From the NCBI GenBank assembly GCA_016933575.1, contig JAFGAR010000064.1, positions 32,001-96,000 of the forward strand: a stretch of 64,000 bases of DNA. The letters are read 5' to 3'. The position numbers and the translations under genes were made by a program. Numbering within the stretch: the first letter of the stretch is position 1; each line of letters opens with the position of its first letter. The notes under the pieces are model-generated. The model worked only from the letters and a program-made list of their open reading frames with translations, made no database searches and had not been told where the DNA came from. Below, in pieces: positions 41,145 through 50,912 of the stretch. This DNA comes from Candidatus Thorarchaeota archaeon (GTDB lineage: Archaea; Asgardarchaeota; Thorarchaeia; Thorarchaeales; Thorarchaeaceae).

Positions 41145-43397
41145 ATGCTCTTTGGTCTACCAGAATATCTAATCATCGTCATTCCACTTGCAGGTTCCTT
41201 ATTTGTCCCAATAATTGGGAGGTATAGTACTCGTGCTAGAGACTGGACTCCTGCATTGTTGATGGGCATCTCTATGATTCTATGCTGGTCTCTCATACCT
41301 GACATTGGATCAGTCCCTAAGACCTGGAATTGGATCAACATTCCTGGACTTGTGATTCCCTTTAGTATGCTTCTTGACTCACTGTCCGTCATCATGGGTG
41401 TACTTGCTAGCACGCTCTGTTTTCTCATATACGTGTACAGCACCGAGTACATGGCACACGAGGGAGATAGAGACCGCTTCTTCTTCCTGATGCTTGCCTT
41501 CGGGGGTGGTATGCTTACCCTGGTCCTCTCAAACAACCTCCTGATTGCGTTTATTGGATGGGAGATCATGGGATTTTGTAGTTACGGACTCATTGGTTTC
41601 TGGAATGACAAGCGCAATCCTCCAGAGGTAGACCCAACTGGCTATGAGTCAAGTAATCCGTTGCTGCAGTTCAAGACCGAGGGCGAGTACAATACTCATT
41701 GCGGAACAAAGGCTTTCGTGGTAACAAGAATTGGTGACGCACTGATGCTGGGCGGCATCCTGCTTCTATTTACATTCACAGGGTCATTTCTCTTTCAAGA
41801 CACATCAATTGGAAGTCAGGCTGTTGAAGGTATTGCAGAACATGGCGGCTGGATAACTGCCCTAGCTGGTGTGGGTCTTCTGTTGCCCACGCTTTTGTTA
41901 ATCTTTGCTGGCGCGATTGGAAAGTCAGGTCAATTCCCTCTGCAGGTATGGCTCCCCGAAGCCATGAGTGGTCCGACTGCGGTTTCTGCTTTGATTCATG
42001 CTGCAACCATGGTCAAAGCAGGAGTCTATATCACTGCAAGATTTCTCTTGACAATCGTATCTGCTACAGAGACAAGCGGACACTCTTCATCTGCTATTGG
42101 GATGTTTCCGCTACAGATAGGCTTCCCTGATGCGTTCACCTTCTTTGCCATAGTTGCAATCGTTGGTGCTCTCACCGCATTCATTACTGGTACAATGGGA
42201 ATGGTCTCAAATGAACTGAAGCAGGTGTTGGCATTCTCAACTCTTAGCCAACTAGGCTATATGATGCTTGCAATAGGTACTGCTGGCATGTTGACGCATT
42301 ATGATGTTGCTTATCTGAGTAGCGTCATGCATGTCGTCAGTCATGGTGCATTCAAAGCGTTGCTGTTTCTCTCATCTGGTGGGATTATCCACGCGTTACA
42401 TACCAAGTATATGAGTAAGATGGGCGGGTTGAAGAAGTATATGCCCAAGACCTTTGCGCTTATGTGGATTGGAGTGCTAGCGTTGTCAGGAATTCCTCCA
42501 TTCTCAGGTTTCTGGTCAAAAGACTCAATCATAGAGCATGTATATGCACTTGGTGTTGAAACGCCTCTGGGAATTTTCCTGTTCATTCTTGCTATCGCAG
42601 CTGCGGCTTGTACAATCTTCTATAGCATTCGACTCATGGGAATGGTCTTCTATGGCCCATCAGAGTTTGACGAACATGACCAAGAGGAGGAATCAATCAG
42701 TAGCCATAATGACAAAGAGGAATCCGAAGAATCTCATGACGAACATCGCGGGGTACCCTCTGATCCAGGTCCAGCTATGATGATTCCGCTCTACATTCTA
42801 GCAGCATTCACTATCATTGCCTTCATAATCTATCCAATGATACAGAATATTGTCCTCCAGACTAATAGGGACTTGTTTATCATATTTCTTGAGGATATGG
42901 TAGCTGCGAAATTTGGTCCAGAAGGTTTAGTTCCCTTCACACTCACCATTGGAGCACTTGCTCTTGGTGGGATTCCAGCCTATTGGATTTACATTAAAAA
43001 CCAAGATACTCCAAACTCAATCATTCCAGAGAATGGAATTCTTAGGAAGTTGCACAACTTCTTGAAGCACCGCTGGTATATCAATGAGGGATACTATTGG
43101 TTTGTCAACAAGTTCCTCAGATTTGCTGATCTCTGGCGCAGGGAGATTGATGAGCCTATAATTGATGGCATTGACTTCAAGTCTGCAGCCACAGCCCAGG
43201 TACTTGCGACTAAGATTCGATGGTTTGATGATAATGTTGTGGATGGTTTTGCTGAGGCCGTGTCAACAAAGAGTGTTGAAGCTTCTGAGGTTGGACTTGA
43301 GTCTCAGACAGGAAAGATCAATGACTACGTCGGAGTGGTGATTTTCGGAGTAGGTCTCCTGATCATCATTGGACTTCTATCATTGGGGGTGCTCTAA
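41145..43397 (+). CDS. nuoL: Complex I-like subunit L
   Basis: GWEIMG, TRIGD, GKSGQFPLQVWLPEAM.GPT.VSALIHAATMVKAG, HGAFKALLF, GFWSKD, and a lateral helix ending QTG + terminal TM. Confidence 0.94.
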   Translation: MLFGLPEYLIIVIPLAGSLFVPIIGRYSTRARDWTPALLMGISMILCWSLIPDIGSVPKTWNWINIPGLVIPFSMLLDSLSVIMGVLASTLCFLIYVYSTEYMAHEGDRDRFFFLMLAFGGGMLTLVLSNNLLIAFIGWEIMGFCSYGLIGFWNDKRNPPEVDPTGYESSNPLLQFKTEGEYNTHCGTKAFVVTRIGDALMLGGILLLFTFTGSFLFQDTSIGSQAVEGIAEHGGWITALAGVGLLLPTLLLIFAGAIGKSGQFPLQVWLPEAMSGPTAVSALIHAATMVKAGVYITARFLLTIVSATETSGHSSSAIGMFPLQIGFPDAFTFFAIVAIVGALTAFITGTMGMVSNELKQVLAFSTLSQLGYMMLAIGTAGMLTHYDVAYLSSVMHVVSHGAFKALLFLSSGGIIHALHTKYMSKMGGLKKYMPKTFALMWIGVLALSGIPPFSGFWSKDSIIEHVYALGVETPLGIFLFILAIAAAACTIFYSIRLMGMVFYGPSEFDEHDQEEESISSHNDKEESEESHDEHRGVPSDPGPAMMIPLYILAAFTIIAFIIYPMIQNIVLQTNRDLFIIFLEDMVAAKFGPEGLVPFTLTIGALALGGIPAYWIYIKNQDTPNSIIPENGILRKLHNFLKHRWYINEGYYWFVNKFLRFADLWRREIDEPIIDGIDFKSAATAQVLATKIRWFDDNVVDGFAEAVSTKSVEASEVGLESQTGKINDYVGVVIFGVGLLIIIGLLSLGVL

Positions 43398-44978
43398 TTG
43401 CAGGTAGACTCTACAACTTTGATAACAAGTATTCCAATGAATATCCTCGTCCTCATACTTGTCATTCCTCTAGTTGGTGCGGTCCTTGCATACATCGCAG
43501 GCAGCAAGGGTGCACGTGCAATCACACTCCTGATTACGACACTCGAACTAGGCTTAGCCCTTCTACTCATTCTAGGTACTCCTTCAGTTGGTCCAGATCC
43601 TGGTGGAATGAGTTACACATGGATCTATACGATTGCGAGACTTGGAACCACTGTTGATTCTCCTGTCTTTCAAATCATTCTTGGTGTTGATGGAATCTCA
43701 GTAGTAATGATCCTCCTCTCCAATCTCGTCGTATGGATTGCAGCAATTGCATCAAATCATATCAAGAACGCAGAAGGTGTATACTACTCCTTATTCCTGC
43801 TCCTGCAGACAGGCCTCCTTGGAGTTTTTGTATCTCTTGATCTCATTGGATTCTTCATCTTTTGGGAACTTGTCCTTGTACCAATGTTTTTCATCATTGG
43901 CAGATGGGGCGAAGATGGAAGCAGACACGCGGCTATCAAGTTCTTCATCTATACTCATCTTGGTTCTGCAGTAATGCTCGTTGGATTCTTCTACATCTAT
44001 TTCATGTCTTATCAGTTCAATATTCTTGGATATCCAACTGCAGTCCCAACATTCAGCATGGTTGCGCTTCGGAACATCGGACTTGACCCAACCATTCAGA
44101 TAGGTTTTGCTCTTGCCATATTCATGGGTGCAGGCGTGAAACTTCCAGTATTTCCATTACATAACTGGTTGCCATGGGCTCACGTAAAGGCACCAACTCC
44201 TGGTTCAGTTATCCTCGCTGGAATTCTTCTGAAGATGGGTGGGTATGCATTCATCAGACTCGGACTTTGGATGGTCCCAGAAGCAATGGCTAGACTTGCC
44301 ATTCCCTTTGCCTTTGTGGCTGTCTTCACATGTATCTACGCTGCATTTACCGCACTTGCTCAGACTGATATGAAGAGCCTTGTAGCTTATACGTCTATCA
44401 ACCACATGTCATGGGTCCTACTTGGCGTTGCTGCGTATGCGGCTGCCTACAATTCTCCAGATGCAGCTATTCGAGCTGCTGCGAACTTGGCTATCCAAGG
44501 TTCTATATTCATGATGTTCTCACACGGCACCATAATCTCTGTCATGTTCATTGTAGCTGGGCAGCTCAAATATAGTGTAGGTACTCGTGAGATTCCCGAA
44601 GTTAAGGGATTGATGACACAGGCTCCTAAACTCTCAGCGATTATGATCATTGCTACCTTGGCAGCTTTCGGTCTTCCTGGATTTAGTGGATTCATAGCAG
44701 AGGCACTGGTCATCTTTGGAGCCATTGTCATTCATCCGTGGACCGCATTCATCGCGTTTGGCATTTTCTTGACAGTAGGCTACATGCTCTGGATGTTAAA
44801 TCGAATTGTCTTTAGTGATATTGACCCCGAAAAAAGCGTGAATGAAGCCGCACGAAGCGATCTCATTGCTCCAATCCTCATGTTAATTCCTGTGATTCTG
44901 CTTGGGATTTGGCCTGATCTGATATTGAATCTCGTTCAACCAGTTGTTGAACTGATGCTGAGCGGAGGTTTACCATAA
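43398..44978 (+). CDS. nuoM: Complex I-like subunit M
   Basis: DGIS, FWELVLVPM, KLPVFPLHNWLPWAH..APTPGSVILAGILLKMG and GLPGFSGFIAE. Confidence 0.94.
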   Translation: MQVDSTTLITSIPMNILVLILVIPLVGAVLAYIAGSKGARAITLLITTLELGLALLLILGTPSVGPDPGGMSYTWIYTIARLGTTVDSPVFQIILGVDGISVVMILLSNLVVWIAAIASNHIKNAEGVYYSLFLLLQTGLLGVFVSLDLIGFFIFWELVLVPMFFIIGRWGEDGSRHAAIKFFIYTHLGSAVMLVGFFYIYFMSYQFNILGYPTAVPTFSMVALRNIGLDPTIQIGFALAIFMGAGVKLPVFPLHNWLPWAHVKAPTPGSVILAGILLKMGGYAFIRLGLWMVPEAMARLAIPFAFVAVFTCIYAAFTALAQTDMKSLVAYTSINHMSWVLLGVAAYAAAYNSPDAAIRAAANLAIQGSIFMMFSHGTIISVMFIVAGQLKYSVGTREIPEVKGLMTQAPKLSAIMIIATLAAFGLPGFSGFIAEALVIFGAIVIHPWTAFIAFGIFLTVGYMLWMLNRIVFSDIDPEKSVNEAARSDLIAPILMLIPVILLGIWPDLILNLVQPVVELMLSGGLP

Positions 44979-46483
44979 TGCTGCAATTAGACATCTTGCT
45001 TGACAGCCTAAGGGCTTTATTAGCCCCTCTAAGAGACCTATTGCTCGCAATTGTACCAGCTGAATGGATCATGTCCCTTCCTGCTATTACTCTGGTAGTC
45101 TTTGGATTACTTGCCCTAATGGTCGGACTTCGATATAATCCATTAGTCATAAGCTTCATCGGTGTCATTCTTGCAACATTTGAGATGCTTCTGTTCGATC
45201 CCAGTGCTATGAGTGGCTATTCGTTTGGAACATTATTCATTCGCGATGCTTTCACCGATTTCTTCATCTACATTGTTCTTATCGTTGCTTTCCTAGTCTT
45301 GCTCTCTTCCACTCTTTGGGGGGGTGACAAAGGGACCTACAATTTCCTACTTCTCCTCTCTTTTGCAGGAGCTCTCTGGGTAATTATGGCGACAGATCTT
45401 GTAGCTCTATTTCTTGCCTGGGAACTGATGTCCACGCCAACTTATGTTCTCGTTGCTCTTAGTCCAAGACGGGAATCTGTAGATGGCGCTACAAAATACT
45501 TCGTTATGGGCTTGCTTGCAACAAACCTCATGCTACTTGGCATTGCTCTGACTATTGGTGTTACTGGAACCACTGACCTTCACACCATTGGAGTGTTCAT
45601 TAATAGCCTATGGGCTTCACCAGCTGGTAGTGAACCAGCGGTCTACACAATGCTTCTTGCAATGGTCTTGTTTATTGTTTCATTCGGATTCAAGGTCGGT
45701 ATATTTCCTGGATGGCAATGGGTTCCTGATGCATATGCAAGTGCTGATGGTAGTGTCACTGCTTATCTTGCAGGAGGTTCTAAAAAGACAGGAGTGAGTG
45801 CCCTTCTACGAATCTTGATGGTTGCATTCTTTGTTGCTAGGACTGAGTGGACTCTATTAATAGCTGGTGTAGCAATCCTAACAATGATCATTGGTAATCT
45901 ATTAGCTCTCGCTCAGAAGGATATCATGAGGATGTTAGCGTATTCCAGCATTGCGATGATGGGTTATCTCTTCATTGGTATCGCCGCAGCTAACGAATTG
46001 GGCATGGCTGCAGCTAGTTTTCATGCATTCACTCATGCAATAATGAAGACAGCTGCCTTCATCCTTGTGTGGATGCTATCTTTAAGACTCACGAAGAGAA
46101 TAACCTATGATGACCTCGCGGGATTGAACAAGCGAGCACCCATTGCAGCAGCTATGTTTGCCATACTGATGCTCTCTCTTGCAGGACTTCCTGTAGGTGT
46201 AGGGTTCTGGTCAAAATTAGTACTCTTCCAGAGTGCAATCCTCGCAGACATGTGGTGGTTGGCTTTGATAGGTCTCTTGAACTCAGTCTTCTCCTTGGGC
46301 TATTATTTACGAATACTGAAATATACTTACATGATTGAACCTGTTGATGACTCGAAATTAAATCTACCAAGAGTACCCCTATTTGCAGTAGGCATTTGTG
46401 TAGCTATTGTTCTCTTGCTGTTGGTATTTCCAAACCTTGTCCTTGATTATGCCTTTCAAGCGGCATTGACCTTCTTCCCATAG
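44978..46483 (+). CDS. nuoN: Complex I-like subunit N
   Basis: AWELMS, KYF, FKVGIFP...WVPDAY, SKK, RMLAYSSIA and LSLAGLP...GFWSK. Confidence 0.94.
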   Translation: MLQLDILLDSLRALLAPLRDLLLAIVPAEWIMSLPAITLVVFGLLALMVGLRYNPLVISFIGVILATFEMLLFDPSAMSGYSFGTLFIRDAFTDFFIYIVLIVAFLVLLSSTLWGGDKGTYNFLLLLSFAGALWVIMATDLVALFLAWELMSTPTYVLVALSPRRESVDGATKYFVMGLLATNLMLLGIALTIGVTGTTDLHTIGVFINSLWASPAGSEPAVYTMLLAMVLFIVSFGFKVGIFPGWQWVPDAYASADGSVTAYLAGGSKKTGVSALLRILMVAFFVARTEWTLLIAGVAILTMIIGNLLALAQKDIMRMLAYSSIAMMGYLFIGIAAANELGMAAASFHAFTHAIMKTAAFILVWMLSLRLTKRITYDDLAGLNKRAPIAAAMFAILMLSLAGLPVGVGFWSKLVLFQSAILADMWWLALIGLLNSVFSLGYYLRILKYTYMIEPVDDSKLNLPRVPLFAVGICVAIVLLLLVFPNLVLDYAFQAALTFFP

Positions 46484-46535
46484 AAATAGGTAGCAAGTAA
46501 ATTATCATAGAAGGATGCAACTCAATGCTTTAAAT

Positions 46536-47087
46536 TCAAATCTCTGAATCTCTCTCCCTTTCCTGCAATATAGCCAGTTTGGTACATTCTTCGAATAGCT
46601 TATTGATATTGTGTCCTGTGCGTGCTGATGTTTCAAAATAACGGACACTCAACCATTTCCTGAGCATTTCACCAGCCTCTCGAGGAACAAGTCTGTCAGC
46701 TCTATCAACTTTATTTGCAACTAATGCAATAACAGCTTCTGGGCAGACAGATCGGAAACTGTTGTACCATTCATTCACATTGAGATAGGTATCCGGTCTT
46801 GTAACATCATAAACAATGAATGCCATTGATGATCCAGTCATGTATCTTTGCCGAAGGTCTTTATACGTGGGTTGTCCTGCTAGATCCCACAAGACTACTT
46901 GCGTCTGAAAATGTTCTCCATCAATTTCAATATTTACAATCTTAACTGCTATACTAGTACCAATTGTAGCCTTATACTGCTCACCAAATCTGTTCTCCGT
47001 GTATCGCATTATACAGCTGGTCTTGCCAACTGCTCCATCTCCTAATGCCACCATCTTGAGAACATATTGCGGACCTTCATCAGTCAA
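46536..47087 (-). CDS. Rab/Ras-like small GTPase (eukaryotic signature protein)
   Basis: G1 GDGAVGKT, G2 YKATIG, G3 WDLAGQ, G4 NKVD, G5 ETSA; no C-terminal Cys prenylation motif. Confidence 0.95.
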   Translation of the reverse strand: MTDEGPQYVLKMVALGDGAVGKTSCIMRYTENRFGEQYKATIGTSIAVKIVNIEIDGEHFQTQVVLWDLAGQPTYKDLRQRYMTGSSMAFIVYDVTRPDTYLNVNEWYNSFRSVCPEAVIALVANKVDRADRLVPREAGEMLRKWLSVRYFETSARTGHNINKLFEECTKLAILQERERDSEI

Positions 47088-47168
47088 GATAGTTACATCC
47101 TATTGCACTGCTCCGTTTAATAATCTGAGATTTAACCATTCTGGCAAAAATCGATACTTTGATTTCAT

Positions 47169-49139
47169 CTAGCACCCATGGGGCAACAATACAATGAATC
47201 TAGAACCCTTTGAATGATCACCCTTTACTCGATTCTCAATACGAATACTCCCACGATAATTGTCAATGATCTGCTTAACAAGGGTAAGCCCCACTCCTGA
47301 GATTCGTCGAATATGGTCACTCATTCCAGTGAACAGTCGCTCTTTGGTATGGTCATCAATTCCATCTCCCCAATCGAGGAATTCCATTTTCAGAAACTCG
47401 CCATCATTGATAACTTCTGTATTGACCTCTATGTACACATCCTTTGATGCTGTAAATTTTACAGCATTATGAAGAAGATTATAGAAGACGTCCTGAAGGA
47501 AGTCGTCAGCCATGATACAATAACTACCTCTCTCGATATTCGTCTTTACAGTGATTGGTCTATTTGGAAAAGACTGTTTAACAGTTTCAATGGCAACAAA
47601 CAACGAGTTTGCTGGGTCTGTCTTCTCAAGAGCAGGAGCAGATTGATTGACTAATGAGAATTTCTTCACATTTGATATCAGAGACACGCTCCGATTCACT
47701 TGCATCAATGCATTTTCAGCCATGATGCGGAGTCTATCTGGTAAGTATTCATCCTCTAATATCAATTCAAGACTTGCCATTATTCCTTGATGCATATTGT
47801 TGAGGTCGTGAGCCATCAGATCTGTTGCCCATTCAGCCCTTGCTAAAGCCTCTTCTCTCTGTTTCTGAGCCTCGATTCTTTCAGTTATATCTAACGAGAA
47901 TCCACCAATAAGCGGTGGTTTGCCATCTCGGAAGATTGGAAATTTATGTGTACGGAATATCTTGATTTTACCATCTCTGTCTCTGACTTCCTGAATTCTA
48001 TCAATTGGTCCCCTTACAAGAACTTTCTGATCCTCTTCAGTTAACATCGCAGCACGATCTTGTCTAAAGAGATCAATATTCTTGAGACCTTCCCAGTCAG
48101 TTCTTGGTGGCATGTTTTTCATATAATGATTTATGAAGACAACTCGGGAGTCATGGTCTTTGATATATACTGGTCCTGGCATATTATCTGCAAAAGCCTT
48201 GAATTGCTCTTGACTATCTTTTAATTGCTCGTCAGTTCTTTTTCGTTCGAGAACAGTCCCGAACATACCAGCAATTGTAGCAAAGACAATTCTATGGTCC
48301 TGTGTTAGAGGTCTCACTTTCCTTGATGCAATATTAATGACTCCAACTAATGAACGATCAGCTCCAATTATTGGCCAAAAAATCAGGGTTTTAATTCCTA
48401 TCGAAATTGCTCGAGACATTCTATCTATGCTCTCAGATGATTTGGTCACATCTTCAACAAAAAGCGGTTCTAGAGTTCGAGCAGTCCTTGCGACAAGATA
48501 CGTCGAATCATCCACGGATACACTATCTGCAATCGATGTGGTATCTAGATTCACTGAGGCTATAAGTTCTAGAGAATTGCTCTCTTCCACGAATAGACGA
48601 ATGGTCCCGACTTCAAAGTCTAGAGTGTCAATAAGTTCTTGAAGGACATCCTTGCAGACCTGGGATAAATTCTCAGTACTTAATGCGGCCTCTGCAATGA
48701 TACTATACGCTTTCCTCTCTTGAGCAATTGTTTTCTTCGACATTTCATCTTTAGTCATATCTGATGCGTAAGCGATAATGTATTTTTTACCAGAAATGTC
48801 CAGAGTATTCGCTGTAATCTCTAATATGACAGTTTCTCCGTCCTTGCTTGTGAAGGAATAACGGTCTTGGTCAACCTGGTGGTGTTTCTCCATTAGATTC
48901 GTGAATCTCTGTAATGCTTCTTCTCTTTGGTCTTCAGCTAGGACACTGGCTAAGTCTGAAACATCTTGACCTATTGCCATATCGTATGGGATTCCAACTT
49001 TATTGCTAAGCCATTTGTTAATGTATTCTATCTTCCTATCTCTTACTATAATGACTCCCTGTGGTGATGCCTCAAAAAACATCTTGAAAATCTCGCACTC
49101 ATCATTACTCTTCAATGCGCGAGTCATTTCATCATACAT
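47169..49139 (-). CDS. Cytoplasmic PAS-GAF-PAS sensor histidine kinase
   Basis: H-box MAHDLNN, N-box NLLHNAVKF, DWGDGI and SGVGL; N-terminal PAS/GAF-like segments ending DMT/DITER. Confidence 0.9.
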   Translation of the reverse strand: MYDEMTRALKSNDECEIFKMFFEASPQGVIIVRDRKIEYINKWLSNKVGIPYDMAIGQDVSDLASVLAEDQREEALQRFTNLMEKHHQVDQDRYSFTSKDGETVILEITANTLDISGKKYIIAYASDMTKDEMSKKTIAQERKAYSIIAEAALSTENLSQVCKDVLQELIDTLDFEVGTIRLFVEESNSLELIASVNLDTTSIADSVSVDDSTYLVARTARTLEPLFVEDVTKSSESIDRMSRAISIGIKTLIFWPIIGADRSLVGVINIASRKVRPLTQDHRIVFATIAGMFGTVLERKRTDEQLKDSQEQFKAFADNMPGPVYIKDHDSRVVFINHYMKNMPPRTDWEGLKNIDLFRQDRAAMLTEEDQKVLVRGPIDRIQEVRDRDGKIKIFRTHKFPIFRDGKPPLIGGFSLDITERIEAQKQREEALARAEWATDLMAHDLNNMHQGIMASLELILEDEYLPDRLRIMAENALMQVNRSVSLISNVKKFSLVNQSAPALEKTDPANSLFVAIETVKQSFPNRPITVKTNIERGSYCIMADDFLQDVFYNLLHNAVKFTASKDVYIEVNTEVINDGEFLKMEFLDWGDGIDDHTKERLFTGMSDHIRRISGVGLTLVKQIIDNYRGSIRIENRVKGDHSKGSRFIVLLPHGC

Positions 49140-49242
49140 GGACTACACCAGCTAATGTTCCTCTAAAATGATTTTGAATGTATTTGCGTTGTAAACCTTT
49201 GTAAATGACAAGGATTATTTTTTACAACTTCCCCTCTCATAT

Positions 49243-49548
49243 AGTGTACACTTGTATACATTAATGTCTTTTTATGCACAATCTTTATAAATGAGTCAAA
49301 ACTCGGGGTTTCAACCGTTTCTGAGTGTGGAGACATGATTCGAGTGTGCCTTGGCCAATGGCAAAGGGGCCTTGTCGGGCCCGTTTAGTCATTCCGCCAT
49401 ATATCACATTCAGCACTCCATCTTTGGCTTCTTTTCTATGGAAATCATTGAGATTCCTAGTTCACTCTAGGATACAATCTCTGAAGCACTTGCTACTGAT
49501 TCAGAGGAGATGCTACACAGAGAAACGGTGAGTAGAGGAGTTTGAAAA
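49243..49548 (+). promoter_or_regulatory. trpB2 promoter and long structured leader with Trp-codon uORFs
   Basis: Palindromes AGTGTACACT and TGTATACA, TATA box TTTATAAA (49284-49291), uORF 49335-49388, GC-rich hairpins. Confidence 0.45.
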
Positions 49549-50904
49549 ATGATAAAGACAAGAATCCTACTAGATTGTGAAGAAACACCAACTCACTATG
49601 TCAACATCTTGCCACACTTGGAAACACCCCTTCCACCGCCCTTGGATCCAGGCACTGAGGAACCAATTAGTGCAGACGCCCTGTTGGCTCTCTTTCCGAA
49701 GGAGTGTGTAAAACAAGAAGTGGCAACAGAGAAACGAATTGCTATTCCTGAAGAAGTAAGAGATATCCTGATTCGCTCAGGGCGCCCCACACCTCTTCAG
49801 CGAGCAGTAGGTCTTGAAAGATATCTCAAGACACCCGCTCGTATCTACTTCAAAAGAGAGGATGCTTCACCAACAGGAAGTCATAAGCTCAATACAGCTA
49901 CAGCACAGGCATATTATGCTCAGAAAGAAGGAACTGAGCGACTTGCAACAGAGACTGGAGCTGGACAATGGGGTAGTGCTGTTGCCCTTGCCTGTTCGTA
50001 TTTTGGACTTGAAGCAATGATATACATGGTTCGTATCAGCTACGAGCAGAAACAATATCGTGGTACACTGATGCGTACATATGGGGGAACAGTTGTCCCT
50101 AGTCCGTCAGATAGAACAGCATACGGTCGGAAGGTGAACGCTGATAATCCTGACCATCCAGGTACTTTAGGGATTGCAATTAGCGAGGCTCTAGAAGACA
50201 CGATCAATACAGCAAATACAAAGTACACTCTAGGTTCGGTTCTGAACTTTGTATTGTTACAACAGACTGTAATTGGTCAAGAGGTCAAGGCTCAATTAGC
50301 AGCTGCTGAAGAGACTCCGGATGTATTCATTGGTTGTGTTGGCGGCGGCAGTAATTTCGCGGGAATGACCTATCCATTTCTTGCTGATGACAAGTTTCGA
50401 GAATGTGATTATATTGCTGTTGAACCTACTGCATGTCCATCCTTGACAAAGGGTGAATATCGTTATGATTTCGGTGATACAGCAGGTATGACACCAAAAC
50501 TAAAGATGTATACTCTCGGAGCGGATTTTGTTCCTCCAAAGATACATGCTGGTGGTCTTAGATATCATGGAGTTGCTCCTACTATCAGTGCTCTGGTAGA
50601 GGAGAGTCGCATTAGACCAATAGCATATGACCAGCTGGAAGTACTAAACGCTGGTGTTGTATTTGCTAAGACTGAGGGAGTAATTCCAGCGCCTGAATCT
50701 GCACATGCAATAAAGGCAGCCATTGATATTGCGCTAGAGGCCAAGAAGAAAAAGAAGTCGAAAGTCATCGTATTCAACCTCTCGGGGCATGGTCATTTTG
50801 ATATGGCTGCATATGGAGCTCTTCTTGATGGAACACTCAACGGTGAAGACGTGAGTACAACCACCCAAGTGCAGAGGGAAGCAGTAGCATTCACAGAGAG
50901 ATAG
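49549..50904 (+). CDS. trpB2: Tryptophan synthase beta chain, type 2 (TrpB2)
   Basis: [14 protein letters not shown] (PLP Lys), [33 protein letters not shown] and NLSGHG; no trpA nearby. Confidence 0.95.
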   Translation: MIKTRILLDCEETPTHYVNILPHLETPLPPPLDPGTEEPISADALLALFPKECVKQEVATEKRIAIPEEVRDILIRSGRPTPLQRAVGLERYLKTPARIYFKREDASPTGSHKLNTATAQAYYAQKEGTERLATETGAGQWGSAVALACSYFGLEAMIYMVRISYEQKQYRGTLMRTYGGTVVPSPSDRTAYGRKVNADNPDHPGTLGIAISEALEDTINTANTKYTLGSVLNFVLLQQTVIGQEVKAQLAAAEETPDVFIGCVGGGSNFAGMTYPFLADDKFRECDYIAVEPTACPSLTKGEYRYDFGDTAGMTPKLKMYTLGADFVPPKIHAGGLRYHGVAPTISALVEESRIRPIAYDQLEVLNAGVVFAKTEGVIPAPESAHAIKAAIDIALEAKKKKKSKVIVFNLSGHGHFDMAAYGALLDGTLNGEDVSTTTQVQREAVAFTER

Positions 50905-50912
50905 ATCATTAC

